A stretch of DNA of 64,000 nucleotides from Acidimicrobiia bacterium (GCA_031383405.1 JANMZO010000301.1:7-64006); one strand, 5' to 3'; shown: positions 37,704 through 47,686, counted from the first letter of the stretch. Notes: a model not told the origin generated them from the letters alone. Numbers and translations are program-made.

Positions 37704-38388
37704 AAAAAGCATGGCAACAGATCGATTTGTTACGGCACGTCGCACGCACGAGCACGAACATGCGCCCGGTGGCTGACGATAACGCCGATGATGTCAGCAG
37801 TAGCGCTGTCCCCGTCGGGCCGTCCACGACGCGCGCGTGGACGGCTGGCGCCACGCGCTCGGCGGCGCTCGTCTTCTGGGGCCACTTGAGCAGCAACGGG
37901 CCTGCGACGAGTCCGAGACCTAGCACCGAGACGAACACGACCGGCAAGGTGCTTGGTCCGCATGACGGCGAGTCCGCTTGCGATCAGCACTCCGCCGAGG
38001 ACCAGCCGTGCCTACGGTCCAAGCTCCAACTTGGCCGCGAGCCGGGCGAGATCATGGGCGTGGATCGTGGTCAGGTGCAGCGGGCCCCGTAGACGGAGAT
38101 TTTGCGCACTGACACGACCGACGGGTTGATGATCACGCCGCCGGTCCCGTCGGGGTCGCCGAAGCCGCTGTAGTGATGGCGTTGCAACGTCCGGCATGCG
38201 GTTCGGGTGAGGTCCGGTGGTGAAAGCGCTCCGGCTCCTCGTCACTTGAGCGCTTTGGGGATGGTTTCGGCGTGGCAACCACAAGAACCATCCCCACAGG
38301 TTTTCCGATTGTGGGCGTTCGAATGGCCTGGGATCCCACACCCTCCCATCGTCTGCGACAAACCGAGGGTCAGGCCCGACCGATCAGC
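37704..38388 (-). pseudogene. decayed coding remnants inserted between cofD and cofE
   Basis: Minus-strand fragments with high GC3 but broken frames. MSELADRSGLTLGLSQ... (ATG 38400) follows a copy of the junction. HHYSGFGDPDGTGGVIINPSVVSVRKISVYGARCT* spans about 38215-38071. ...HLTTIHAHDLARLAAKLELGP*ARLVLGGVLIASGLAVMRTKH, then a frameshift, then LPVVFVSVLGLGLVAGPLLLKWPQK... looks like a two-TM small membrane protein. No intact ORF with a recognisable family. Confidence 0.35.
38254..38297. repeat. palindromic hairpin element, copy 3
   Basis: tttggggatggtttcggcgtggcaaccacaagaaccatccccac. The arms are identical to copy 2. It lies inside the cofD-cofE insert. Confidence 0.85.
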
Positions 38389-38418
38389 GAGCTCGGACAT
38401 GCGGTTCACACCGTGACG

Positions 38419-39354
38419 TTAGCTTCGTGTCGCATCGAGCACTGAACGGGCCATGGCCTCGGTGACGCCGGGCTTCGACATGATCGTGTCGGTCACGAGC
38501 GCCCGGATACCTTCGGCTTCAACTTCTGCGACGCGATCACCGTCGGCGTCGTCGATAACCAATGTTGCGGCGATGTCGCGGTAGAGGCGGGCCACTCCGA
38601 CGACACTCGGGTCGTGTCCGAGTTCGATCAGCATGCGATCGGCCGGTCCTTTCAATGCGGTGCCCGCAACGATTGGAGAAATGGCGACGGTTCGATCGCG
38701 CTGGGCGGTCAATGCCTCACGTACGCCCCGAAGTGCGAGAATCGGCCCGATTGAGACCAATGGGTTCGACGGAGCGATCACTATGGCGTCAGCTGCCCGA
38801 ATGGCCTCCAATACGCCGGGCGCCGGCCGCGCGGATTCGATCCCCCGGAGGATCACCGCCGAGATCGCAACCGAGTGCTGCTTCTTCACGAAGTACTCCT
38901 GGAAGGAAATCACGCCGTCGGAGGTTTCGACGAACGTCGACACCGGCGAATCCGACATCGGCAACATGGCGAACCCGAGCTCCCAGGCTTTGGCCAACTC
39001 CGACGTGACCTCGCTGAGGGTCGCCCCGTCGCGTAGTCGGCCGGTCCGCCAAAGGTGGGTGGCCAGGTCGCGGTCGCCCAGGTTGAACCACGTCACTGCG
39101 CCGAAATCATGGTACCGGTGGAGGGCGTCCATGGCGGTCCATGATTCGCCGGCGAGTCCCCACCCGCGTTCAGGGTCGATGGCGCCCGAGACCGTGTACG
39201 TCACGGTGTCGATGTCGGGGCTGACATGAAGTCCGTGAAAGACCGTGTCGTCGCCGGTGTTGACGATCACGGTGATTTCGTCCGGGTCGACGATTTTTAC
39301 GAGTCCACGCAGAAAACGGGCTGCCCCAACTCCACCGGCGAGTACGACGATCAT
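38419..39354 (-). CDS. cofD: 2-phospho-L-lactate transferase (FbiA)
   Basis: 311 aa. MIVVLAGGVGAARFLRGL...VNTGDD canonical CofD N-terminus. Confidence 0.92.
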   Translation of the reverse strand: MIVVLAGGVGAARFLRGLVKIVDPDEITVIVNTGDDTVFHGLHVSPDIDTVTYTVSGAIDPERGWGLAGESWTAMDALHRYHDFGAVTWFNLGDRDLATHLWRTGRLRDGATLSEVTSELAKAWELGFAMLPMSDSPVSTFVETSDGVISFQEYFVKKQHSVAISAVILRGIESARPAPGVLEAIRAADAIVIAPSNPLVSIGPILALRGVREALTAQRDRTVAISPIVAGTALKGPADRMLIELGHDPSVVGVARLYRDIAATLVIDDADGDRVAEVEAEGIRALVTDTIMSKPGVTEAMARSVLDATRS

Positions 39355-39450
39355 GGTCCTACGCTACCCAGGCGGGGCACCGGGGCGTGACCGGCTCGAC
39401 GTGTCACCCCGATTCTCCGACAGCCGCGACCGACCTGCAACGGATCTGCG

Positions 39451-40836
39451 TTATTCGATGGCCGCGAGCGCGTCGAGCGCCCCGCGGTAGAAGGTCGGGT
39501 AGGCGTAGATCATCGTCCGCAAACTGGCCACGGGGATCCGAGCGTGAACTGCGAGGTTGAACATGGCCAACACTTCGCCCCCCCGGGGGCCGACCGACGA
39601 TGCGCCGACAAGAATGTCACGGTCCCCGTCGACGATCAGTTTCATCAGACCTTCGTTGCCGAAGCCGTGAAGCCAACCACGACTTGAGGTCGAGGAGTCG
39701 GCAAGCCCGATCTTCACGTTGATGCCGGCGGCGCGCGCCTGGGCTTCGGTCATACCCACCGAGCCGACCTCCGGTTCGGTGAAGGTGACTCGCGACACGG
39801 CATGTGATTCGGCCACGATGGGACCGTCGACCTTGAGAATGTCGTCGACCGCAATTGCCGCTTCATAGACCGCCATGTGGGTGAACGCGCCGCGCCCGGC
39901 AATGTCACCAATCGCCCAGAGTCTGTCGGTTCCGACCACCCTCATGTGTTCGTCGGTCGTAATTGCGGGTCGGGACCGCTCATCGAGGCCGACTGTGCCC
40001 AGGCCGATCCCGGTCAGGTTCGGTGTGCGCCCGGCCGCCACGAGAATCTCATCGGCTTCGACGACGGAGCCATCGGCCAGGGTAAGGGTCACCCGGCCGT
40101 CGGCGCGACCCGCCGACGCGATTGGGACCCCAACGCGGAATTCAATTCCCTCGTCCTTCAGGGCCCGCGTGATCAGGATGCTGCTTTCGGGTTCTTCGAC
40201 CGCGAGGACGCGCTGGGCCGCCTCGACCACGGTCACCGCCGTTCCGAATCGGCGAAACGACTGGGCGAGTTCGAGCCCGATTGCCCCTCCGCCGACAACG
40301 ATGAGCGACCTGGGATTGGTGCGGATTTTGAAAATATCCCGGTTCGTCCATGGTTTGGCCTCGGCCAAGCCGCGAATCGGTGGGATCGCCGGTGACGTTC
40401 CGGTGGCGAGAATGACCCCTCGGGCCGCCACGTACACGTCATCGCCGACCATTACCCGTCCCGGACCGTCGAGGATGCCCCGTCCACGAACGAACGTCCC
40501 GCCCTTCCCGACGAAACGGTCAACGGCGACCGTGTCATCCCAGTTGTCGGTGGCCTCGTTGCGTATGCGATCGGCAACCACGGAGAAATCAGGCACGACC
40601 GTGGCCGACCCGGCCATGGCGTTCACGCGGTTCGCTTCGGCAAGAAGTCCAGCGGCACGGATCATCATCTTGGACGGGATGCACCCGTAGTACGGGCATT
40701 CTCCCCCGACGAGGTGAGGTTCGATGCCGACAACCTTCAGGCCCGCCTGGACAAGACGACCGGCCGCGTCTTCACCTCCCGGTCCCATCCCAACTACGAC
40801 GATGTCTACGTGGTGTTCGCTCATGGGTTTCAGCAT
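39451..40836 (-). CDS. pyridine nucleotide-disulfide oxidoreductase (dihydrolipoyl dehydrogenase / mercuric reductase-like)
   Basis: 461 aa. VVGMGPGGEDAA FAD motif, redox disulfide GGECPYYGCIPSK, C-terminal dimerisation domain. Confidence 0.82.
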   Translation of the reverse strand: MLKPMSEHHVDIVVVGMGPGGEDAAGRLVQAGLKVVGIEPHLVGGECPYYGCIPSKMMIRAAGLLAEANRVNAMAGSATVVPDFSVVADRIRNEATDNWDDTVAVDRFVGKGGTFVRGRGILDGPGRVMVGDDVYVAARGVILATGTSPAIPPIRGLAEAKPWTNRDIFKIRTNPRSLIVVGGGAIGLELAQSFRRFGTAVTVVEAAQRVLAVEEPESSILITRALKDEGIEFRVGVPIASAGRADGRVTLTLADGSVVEADEILVAAGRTPNLTGIGLGTVGLDERSRPAITTDEHMRVVGTDRLWAIGDIAGRGAFTHMAVYEAAIAVDDILKVDGPIVAESHAVSRVTFTEPEVGSVGMTEAQARAAGINVKIGLADSSTSSRGWLHGFGNEGLMKLIVDGDRDILVGASSVGPRGGEVLAMFNLAVHARIPVASLRTMIYAYPTFYRGALDALAAIE

Positions 40837-41026
40837 CTCGGATCTGGCGGAGCCGTTCCGGGGCCGTTCTCAGAAACGACACAGTTGCTTCTCAGAATTC
40901 TTCATAAAGGGCGGCCCCGAAGCTCTTCAACGGACCCGGAACTGATCATCGCTCGTCCGTTGAACGGACCACGAAAACTCGACAACGTCAGGTTTGAGGC
41001 AGTTCCCGAACTACCATCGATCCGCT

Positions 41027-42367
41027 ATGCGATCAGCCCTTCGCCCGCCGGTCGACGTCGTCACCATCAAGGGTGGCTTTGCCATCGACGGGGAACTTGC
41101 GGTCCGTGGTGCGAAAAACTCCATCTCCAAGCAGTTGGTGGCTTCGCTTCTCACGGAAGAAACCACGATCCTGCGCAACACGCCGGCGATCTCCGACACC
41201 TTCATCGTGAGCGAAATGCTCCGAGCGATGGGGGTCGAGGTCGAAACGGAAGCCGACGGGGCCGGAACCATCACCGTGGCCGCCACGAACGTGATCCCGC
41301 TGTCACCGGGTCGTCTCGGTGAGTTCACCGGTAAGAGCCGTATTCCGATCCTGTTGTGCGGGCCGCTCCTTCACCGGACCGGGGAGGCACTCATCCCGAG
41401 TCTCGGGGGCGACGACATCGGCAAACGGCAGGTCAACTACCATCTCATGGCCCTACAGCAGCTCGGGGCGGAAATCGACGAGCGCGCCGACGGGTGGCAC
41501 CTCCGCACCGATGGTCTTTCGGGATGCGAGATCCGGCTTCCGTTTCCCAGCGTCGGAGCAACGGAACAGGTCCTGCTGTCTGCGGTTCTCGCCGAAGGTA
41601 CAACGGTGCTCCACGGCGCCGCGATCGAACCCGAGATTCTCGACATCATTGCAGTGCTCCAGAAAATGGGCTCCGCGATCATGTTCGGTGCCGACCGCAC
41701 GATCATTATCCACGGTCAGACCCGGCTCCATGGCTACGAGCACACTGCGATTCCCGACCGCCTCGAAGTCGCCTCATGGGCGTGTGCGGCCATCGCTACG
41801 CACGGTGAGGTGTTCGTCAAGAACGCCCGCGTCGAAGACATGGTCAGTTTTCTCGGGGCGTACCGCCTTCTCGGTGGCCATTTTGCCTCGTCGCCGGAGG
41901 GTATCCATTTCCGTCGGGCGACGGATGAGTTGCAGCCGGTGGAACTAGAAACGGCCGTGCACCCCGGGCTCATGACCGACTGGCAAGCCCCGATCGGGGT
42001 CACGCTCACCCAGGCGAGCGGTACCTCTCTCATACACGAGACCGTTTACGAGAACCGCTTCGGGTATACCGGTGCGCTCGTGTCGATGGGGGCCGACATC
42101 TCGGTGTCGTCCGGTTGTCCGAAAGGACACGCTTGTCGTTTCGGCGGTCTCGGGCATCCGCACTCGGCGACGTTCCGTGGTGTGACGCCACTTCACGGAG
42201 GTGACCTTGTCGTGCCCGACCTGCGGGCGGGTTTCAGCCATTTCATCGCCGCAATGATCGCTGAAGGAAACACCACGATCCGGGGTGTAGGGATGATTGA
42301 ACGCGGGTATGAAGGCTTCCTTGAGAAGTTGCAGACGATTGGTGTTCAGATCGTTTCTGCGCACTGA
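41027..42367 (+). CDS. murA: UDP-N-acetylglucosamine 1-carboxyvinyltransferase
   Basis: The track starts at a TTG (40994); I prefer the ATG at 41027 (MRSALRPPVDVVTIKGG...). VRGAKNSISKQLVASLL, EPSP-synthase-fold repeats, and GGDDIGKRQV in place of the catalytic Cys loop. Confidence 0.88.
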   Translation: MRSALRPPVDVVTIKGGFAIDGELAVRGAKNSISKQLVASLLTEETTILRNTPAISDTFIVSEMLRAMGVEVETEADGAGTITVAATNVIPLSPGRLGEFTGKSRIPILLCGPLLHRTGEALIPSLGGDDIGKRQVNYHLMALQQLGAEIDERADGWHLRTDGLSGCEIRLPFPSVGATEQVLLSAVLAEGTTVLHGAAIEPEILDIIAVLQKMGSAIMFGADRTIIIHGQTRLHGYEHTAIPDRLEVASWACAAIATHGEVFVKNARVEDMVSFLGAYRLLGGHFASSPEGIHFRRATDELQPVELETAVHPGLMTDWQAPIGVTLTQASGTSLIHETVYENRFGYTGALVSMGADISVSSGCPKGHACRFGGLGHPHSATFRGVTPLHGGDLVVPDLRAGFSHFIAAMIAEGNTTIRGVGMIERGYEGFLEKLQTIGVQIVSAH

Positions 42368-42417
42368 CGGAATGTACGGAGCAACGCTGAACGACGTTCA
42401 TTCCACCCGCTTCCGGG

Positions 42418-43845
42418 TTGAATGGGAAACTGGGCCAGATGACTGATCTCAAGAACACCGGAGCACCTACGGCAGCGTCGTCAGACGAGACGCTGCCAAC
42501 CGGTACCGGACAGTCGGTCAACGGCCCTGCGCAAACGGTAAACGGCCCTACCCAAACGGGCAACGGGTCACCGGCTGAAGCGACACCCGGTAAGCAACCA
42601 AAGCCTCGATCGACGCCGTTGCGGAAGGTCCTGAAGGTCCTGATCGGGCTGGTCTCGCTGCTACTGATATTCGGTGTGGCCGCGGTCGGCTACGCGTGGT
42701 TCCGGGTCGAGCAGATTCCGAAAGTGGCTATTCCGAAAGACCCGGGTGTTCCGCCGGGCGGCGCGCTTCCGACGATAGCCATCCCGCTCAGTGGCAATAC
42801 GGTCAACGGCGGACCCCTCATCACCGAACCGCCGTCCGCGGCCGACACGAATGCGGTGTCCGACGGCTCGTCCTCGCCCAGCGTGTCCGCGGATCCGACC
42901 GACTCGGTGCCCGGCGAAGGTGAGGGCAGCCTGACCGGTCCGATCGCCACGGTGGCTCCTGTCAACGGAACGCTCGGGTTCGGGCCGTTGCTCGACACCT
43001 CGGGCGTGGCCGCTCTCGGTGGCCCGAACGCGAAGAACTATCTGATGATCGGCGTCGACAGCCGTTCCGACATTCCCACCGATCAAGAAGCGTCATTTGG
43101 CAAGGTCGGCGGGTCCCGCAGTGACACGATCATGCTTCTACGACTCGACCCGTCGACGAAGCAGGCGTGGGTGCTTTCGTTTCCCCGGGATTTATACGTG
43201 CGCTTAGCAGGTACGAATCAGTTCAACCGGCTCAACGCGGCCTACGCCCGTAGCGCGGGCACGCTCGTGTCGACCATACGCGAGAACTTCAACGTTCCTG
43301 TGGACCATTTCGCAATCATCGACTTCGTCGGATTCCAGCGTGTGGTGGAAGCACTCGGCGGCGTAACCATCGACTTTCCGAAAGCGGCCCGCGATCTGAA
43401 ATCCGGTCTGAACCAACCGGCCGGTCGTAATCTGCTCGATCCGAAACAGGCCACCGCCTACGTTCGCAGCCGATACTTCCAGGAGGAAGTGGATGGTGTG
43501 TGGAAGAAAGACCCTCGGGGCGACCTCGGGCGTATTCAGCGGCAGCAGGCTTTCATCCGGGCAACACTGAGTCAGGCGGTCAAGAAAGGATTCAGCGATC
43601 CACTCACCGCGAACGCGTTGCTCACCAGCCTGAAAGACGCGCTTACGCTCGACTCCGCGTTCGGGATCGGCGAGATAGCGTCTTTAACGAACGACCTCAG
43701 GTCGTTTGACCCCAACACGCTTCAGACCTTCACGGTCCCCGGTGACAACAAGCGCATCAACGGCAAAGACGTGCTGATTCTCAACAAGACGAAAGCCCGT
43801 ACGGCCATTGGACAGTTCGGTCAACGCAAGACGGCCAAGAAGTAG
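42418..43845 (+). CDS. LCP (LytR-CpsA-Psr) family protein, second copy
   Basis: 475 aa. Disordered N-terminus, a TM segment, MIGVDSRSD...RSDTIMLLRLDP, FPRDLYV. Confidence 0.88.
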   Translation: MNGKLGQMTDLKNTGAPTAASSDETLPTGTGQSVNGPAQTVNGPTQTGNGSPAEATPGKQPKPRSTPLRKVLKVLIGLVSLLLIFGVAAVGYAWFRVEQIPKVAIPKDPGVPPGGALPTIAIPLSGNTVNGGPLITEPPSAADTNAVSDGSSSPSVSADPTDSVPGEGEGSLTGPIATVAPVNGTLGFGPLLDTSGVAALGGPNAKNYLMIGVDSRSDIPTDQEASFGKVGGSRSDTIMLLRLDPSTKQAWVLSFPRDLYVRLAGTNQFNRLNAAYARSAGTLVSTIRENFNVPVDHFAIIDFVGFQRVVEALGGVTIDFPKAARDLKSGLNQPAGRNLLDPKQATAYVRSRYFQEEVDGVWKKDPRGDLGRIQRQQAFIRATLSQAVKKGFSDPLTANALLTSLKDALTLDSAFGIGEIASLTNDLRSFDPNTLQTFTVPGDNKRINGKDVLILNKTKARTAIGQFGQRKTAKK

Positions 43846-43854
43846 GACCTGCGT

Positions 43855-45846
43855 GTGAATGGCGAGGTAGCGAAGGCCGACCTTCGGTCACAGGTAACCG
43901 GTGTCGTCTTTGTTTCGACCCATCCCGACCGGATGGCGATGACCATCCGGTCGCTCCTGTTCCGTGCCTCCATCGACGTCCACGTCGGGATCCTCTACGC
44001 GCTCTACTCCTCTTCGTTCCGCGAGCTTGAGCACGAATACGGTGACCGCCTTACGGTGCGGCCGGTCGGGTCCGTGTCCGAATTGTGCAACCGCGTGTAC
44101 GACGAGCGTCGTACGCATCTGTTTGTTATTGACGACGTGGTTTCGCTACCACCGGATCCCCTGCGGAATTCGGTGCGGTGGATGAACGAAGACGTTCGTA
44201 TCTCGACGGTCTCGTTCCTTTCCAACGCCTCCGACTTCCTCAGCTTTCCCATCCGCAACCTTCCCCAGGGCCGCCCGACCGACGGCCACGACGAGATCAG
44301 TATCACGGCGGCCCTGAGGTCCCGGGGACCGGAGGCGGTGCCCGTCCCGATTCTCCACGCTGCGGGCTATGCAGTCGTGATCTCCGCCTCGGCGATGAGC
44401 GCTGTTGGTGATCTGATGGCCCCCGCTTCGGCGCGCTTCGATGTCGCCGTGGCCGACTTTTCTGTTCGGGCCCGCGAGAAGGGTTTTGTTGACGTTGTCG
44501 ATACGTCGACGTTCGTGGCCCGTACCTCCGACGTTGCGGTGCACCCGATCGACGACACCCTCACCTACGACGACCGGGGATGGCTGTTACACCGTCACCG
44601 GTCGATGGTCGACTTCGTCGACGAGCAACGCCAAAGCGGTGACTCGGCGTTCGCGATTGCCCATCAGGTGGCCCGGGTCAAGCTCAACGGGCTTCGCATC
44701 CTCATCGACGGGTCATGTTTCGGGCCGCTCGAAGTGGGCACCCAGGTGGCCACGCTTCACACGATCAAAGCCCTCGCGGAACACGACGGGGTGACCGAAG
44801 TGTGTGTTGCCCTCCCTGGCCCGGTGCCGGGCTACGCCGCTTCAATCCTCACTATGGCAAAGGTTCGCGCGCGTAGTGTTGCTGCGGAACCGCTGGAACA
44901 GATGGGTCCGTTTGACATCGCGTACCGACCGTTCCAACCAACCCCTGGGTGGGACATCCAGCGTTGGAAGCATCTCGGTGTGCGCCTGATCGTGAGCGTG
45001 CTCGACACGATCGCGTTTCACAACGGTGGGTACTTCGCATCGACGGGGGAGTGGCTCGCGTACCGGGAGCACCTGCTCGCCTCGGTACGCGCGGTCGACG
45101 CGGTCACGGTGATCTCCAATGACGTCATCGGGCAGATGCTGATGCACCAGTTTCCAATCGAGCGGTCCAGGGTGGTTTCGGTCCCGCTCGGCACCGAGCA
45201 CCTTCACGGCAACGAAGAGGTCGAGTTGCCCCGTGCCCTTGCGGCGCGTGGATTCGGTGTCGGCCCGTTTGCGCTGTGCCTCGGGGTGAATTACACGCAC
45301 AAGAACCGGGAGATCGCTCTTGCGGCGCATGAGCTTGTTCGGTCGCACGGTTTCGAACTTGCTCTCGTCCTCGCGGGAGCCGCGGTCCCCCACGGCACGA
45401 CCCGAATTTCTGAAGCGCGCTTAGGATCTCGTGAGCATGTGTTCGTGATCCCCGAGGTTTCCAGCTCCGAGCGCAACTGGTTGCTCCGCCACGCATCGTT
45501 CGTCTGGTACCCAACCTCTGCTGAGGGGTTCGGCCTCGTTCCTTTCGAAGCCGCTGCGTTCGGCACTCCCACGGTGGCGGTTGATTTCGGACCTATCGCT
45601 GAGTTGTCCGTCTCGGCCGACCCGGCGCAGACCGCCCGTGAATACGGCCACGGTGTTCCCCGTCTCGCCCGGAGCTGGGATCCCCGTGCTCTGGCTGATA
45701 CTGCGCTTGCGTTCCTCCGTGACCCCGACCTGGCTCGACGACACGTCGGCGCGGTCCGAGCGGCCGGCCGGGCTTACCGCTGGGATCGCACGGCTGACAC
45801 ACTCGTAGCGCTGTTTCGTGACACGCTTGCACAACCGAAACGGTGA
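43855..45846 (+). CDS. two-domain glycosyltransferase (N-terminal GT-A-like region + C-terminal GT4/GT-B domain)
   Basis: 663 aa. The C-terminus YPTSAEGFGLVPFEAAAFGTPTV matches the EX7E region of GT4 enzymes. The N-terminal 250 aa has a DD-containing GT-A-like pattern (LFVIDDVV). Confidence 0.75.
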   Translation: MNGEVAKADLRSQVTGVVFVSTHPDRMAMTIRSLLFRASIDVHVGILYALYSSSFRELEHEYGDRLTVRPVGSVSELCNRVYDERRTHLFVIDDVVSLPPDPLRNSVRWMNEDVRISTVSFLSNASDFLSFPIRNLPQGRPTDGHDEISITAALRSRGPEAVPVPILHAAGYAVVISASAMSAVGDLMAPASARFDVAVADFSVRAREKGFVDVVDTSTFVARTSDVAVHPIDDTLTYDDRGWLLHRHRSMVDFVDEQRQSGDSAFAIAHQVARVKLNGLRILIDGSCFGPLEVGTQVATLHTIKALAEHDGVTEVCVALPGPVPGYAASILTMAKVRARSVAAEPLEQMGPFDIAYRPFQPTPGWDIQRWKHLGVRLIVSVLDTIAFHNGGYFASTGEWLAYREHLLASVRAVDAVTVISNDVIGQMLMHQFPIERSRVVSVPLGTEHLHGNEEVELPRALAARGFGVGPFALCLGVNYTHKNREIALAAHELVRSHGFELALVLAGAAVPHGTTRISEARLGSREHVFVIPEVSSSERNWLLRHASFVWYPTSAEGFGLVPFEAAAFGTPTVAVDFGPIAELSVSADPAQTAREYGHGVPRLARSWDPRALADTALAFLRDPDLARRHVGAVRAAGRAYRWDRTADTLVALFRDTLAQPKR

Positions 45847-46394
45847 ACCGAAACGGTGATCGCCCATCCCTGGAGGCCCTCAGCATGACCACAAACGCAC
45901 CTGATACGACCACTCAAGGAACGGGCGCGCTTCTCAACACAAGCTCGACCGACGCGGCCGGTACTGATCAAGGCGGCTCGGTTCCTACGGACGTCAGCGA
46001 GACGGAGAGCGAGGCTGTGAGCCAGACGGTTCGCGAGCATGACCGACTCGCCCGCGAGATAGATGCGCTCTCGTTGCGTCAAGCGTTGCTTGATTTCGAA
46101 ATGGCCAATGCCCGGGTCCTCGATCTGACCGCTCGTCTGGTTGAAGCGAACACCCGTGTGCTGAAGTTGCAGCGCGAACTCGACGGCTTCACCGCGGCAG
46201 CAGACGCGCAACGAAGCGAACTCGCCGACGGGAACGCCCGGCTGCAGGCGCGAACCGATGCGCTCGAAGCCTCGCTTGCTCAGGCCGAAGCAACTTCGGA
46301 GCGCAGGGGGGTCGAACTTCAGGAGCTTCGTTCGTCAACGACGTTTCGGATCGTCCGGCGCATCGGGCGGGTCGTGGCGCGCGTGCGTCGCTAA
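45843..46394 (+). CDS. coiled-coil hypothetical protein
   Basis: 183 aa with a 4-nt overlap with the preceding GT. Disordered S/T/D-rich N-terminus, about 100 aa of heptad-like Ala/Leu/Arg/Glu sequence, and a basic amphipathic tail FRIVRRIGRVVARVRR. Confidence 0.55.
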   Translation: MNRNGDRPSLEALSMTTNAPDTTTQGTGALLNTSSTDAAGTDQGGSVPTDVSETESEAVSQTVREHDRLAREIDALSLRQALLDFEMANARVLDLTARLVEANTRVLKLQRELDGFTAAADAQRSELADGNARLQARTDALEASLAQAEATSERRGVELQELRSSTTFRIVRRIGRVVARVRR

Positions 46395-46421
46395 CGCGCT
46401 CCGCCGAGAGACCTCACGGTT

Positions 46422-47651
46422 GTGCGCATGACTGACCTACCCGAAACGACGACGGAACACCCGGTACCTTCACGTAAGGTGCTGATCGCGTTGCTCGTCT
46501 ACAACGGTCGGTCGTTCGTGCCAAGAGCTGTGGCTTCAGCGGCGCGCCTGCAATCGGGTCATCGGGAGGCATCGACGCTCCATCACGTCGATGTGGTGAT
46601 CTTCGATGATGCGAGTCCCGACCCCGGGTGGTCGGAAGAGTTGGCCGGTCTGTGTTCGAGCCTCGGTGTCGGCTACTACTGCACGCCCCGGAACCTTGGC
46701 ATTCCGCGCAACATGAACCTTGGTCTTCTCTGGGCCGAGAAGGCTGGCTACGACTACGTGGTGATCCTCAATTCCGATGTGATCGTGCCGCTCAACATGG
46801 CTGACGCCATGGTGGCCGCGGCCGAGAGCGACCCTTTGATCGGGTCAGTCACGGCCTGGTCGAATAGCGCTTCGATCTTCTCCCTGCCGAACGTCGAACC
46901 CGATACCTTTCTCACCGAATCGGCGAGCGTCGACGCGGTTTCGGCCACGGTCCACCGCGAGTTCGGGAAGCAAACGATCGACTTGCCCACCGGCGTCGGC
47001 TTTTGCATGATGATCAGCCGGAACGCTATTGCCGAGGTCGGTCTGTTCGATCCGGTATTCGGTCGCGGGTACTGCGAGGAGGTCGACTGGTGCCAACGGG
47101 CCGCCGAACAAGGGTTGCGCAACGTGCTTTCCCCCGGTGCATTCGTTTATCACATGGGCTCGGCCACCAACCGGGAGGCCGGGATCCTTGCGCCGGGAGA
47201 ACAGACGGTGCACACCAACGAGGCGATCGTCGACCTGCGCTATCCCGAGTACCGGACCCGGCTCGCCGCGTGGTCGGAGTCCAAGGTCATTGTCCCGGTC
47301 GTTGAGCGCGGGCTCGCGCGTCTGATCAGTGAAGCCGCTCAGACCCACGGCTATGTGGTCGACGCGAGTTGGCTCCGCCGCAGCCCCGAGCCTTCGCTCG
47401 ATCAGCGGGTCCGCATCACGATCAATCCGGACGGGCCGGATCCTCTGGTCGAGGCCGGCGTGAACGGCTGGCGCTGCCCGATTCCGGTTGGCGACCATGG
47501 CATTCTCACGGCGATCGCCGCCTTTGTCGGGTGTCAGCCGACCGAGGTGCGTCTGTTGGACCGTGGAGCTATCTCGCAACGTTTGCAGGCCGAAGCGGAC
47601 GCCACGGGGCTCCCGGTCGCCCAACTTCGCCGTTACCCGGAACGGGTGTGA
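46422..47651 (+). CDS. family 2 glycosyltransferase
   Basis: 409 aa. VLIALLVYNG...VVIFDDASPD...ILNSDV and GFCMMISR motifs typical of GT2. Confidence 0.82.
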   Translation: MRMTDLPETTTEHPVPSRKVLIALLVYNGRSFVPRAVASAARLQSGHREASTLHHVDVVIFDDASPDPGWSEELAGLCSSLGVGYYCTPRNLGIPRNMNLGLLWAEKAGYDYVVILNSDVIVPLNMADAMVAAAESDPLIGSVTAWSNSASIFSLPNVEPDTFLTESASVDAVSATVHREFGKQTIDLPTGVGFCMMISRNAIAEVGLFDPVFGRGYCEEVDWCQRAAEQGLRNVLSPGAFVYHMGSATNREAGILAPGEQTVHTNEAIVDLRYPEYRTRLAAWSESKVIVPVVERGLARLISEAAQTHGYVVDASWLRRSPEPSLDQRVRITINPDGPDPLVEAGVNGWRCPIPVGDHGILTAIAAFVGCQPTEVRLLDRGAISQRLQAEADATGLPVAQLRRYPERV

Positions 47652-47686
47652 ATCGGGGCCGCCCGGCGAAGGGTCCGGCCGGTTAA

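Noticed and set aside
38242-38400. 52-aa ORF MSELADRSGLTLGLSQTMGGCGIPGHSNAHNRKTCGDGSCGCHAETIPKALK, plus the similar [17 protein letters not shown] reading at 17851-17894, as a possible Cys-rich peptide family.
   Set aside because: The shared Cys-rich part is just the translation of the palindromic hairpin repeat. GC3 drops in that part. Only the first 16 codons look like a gene remnant.
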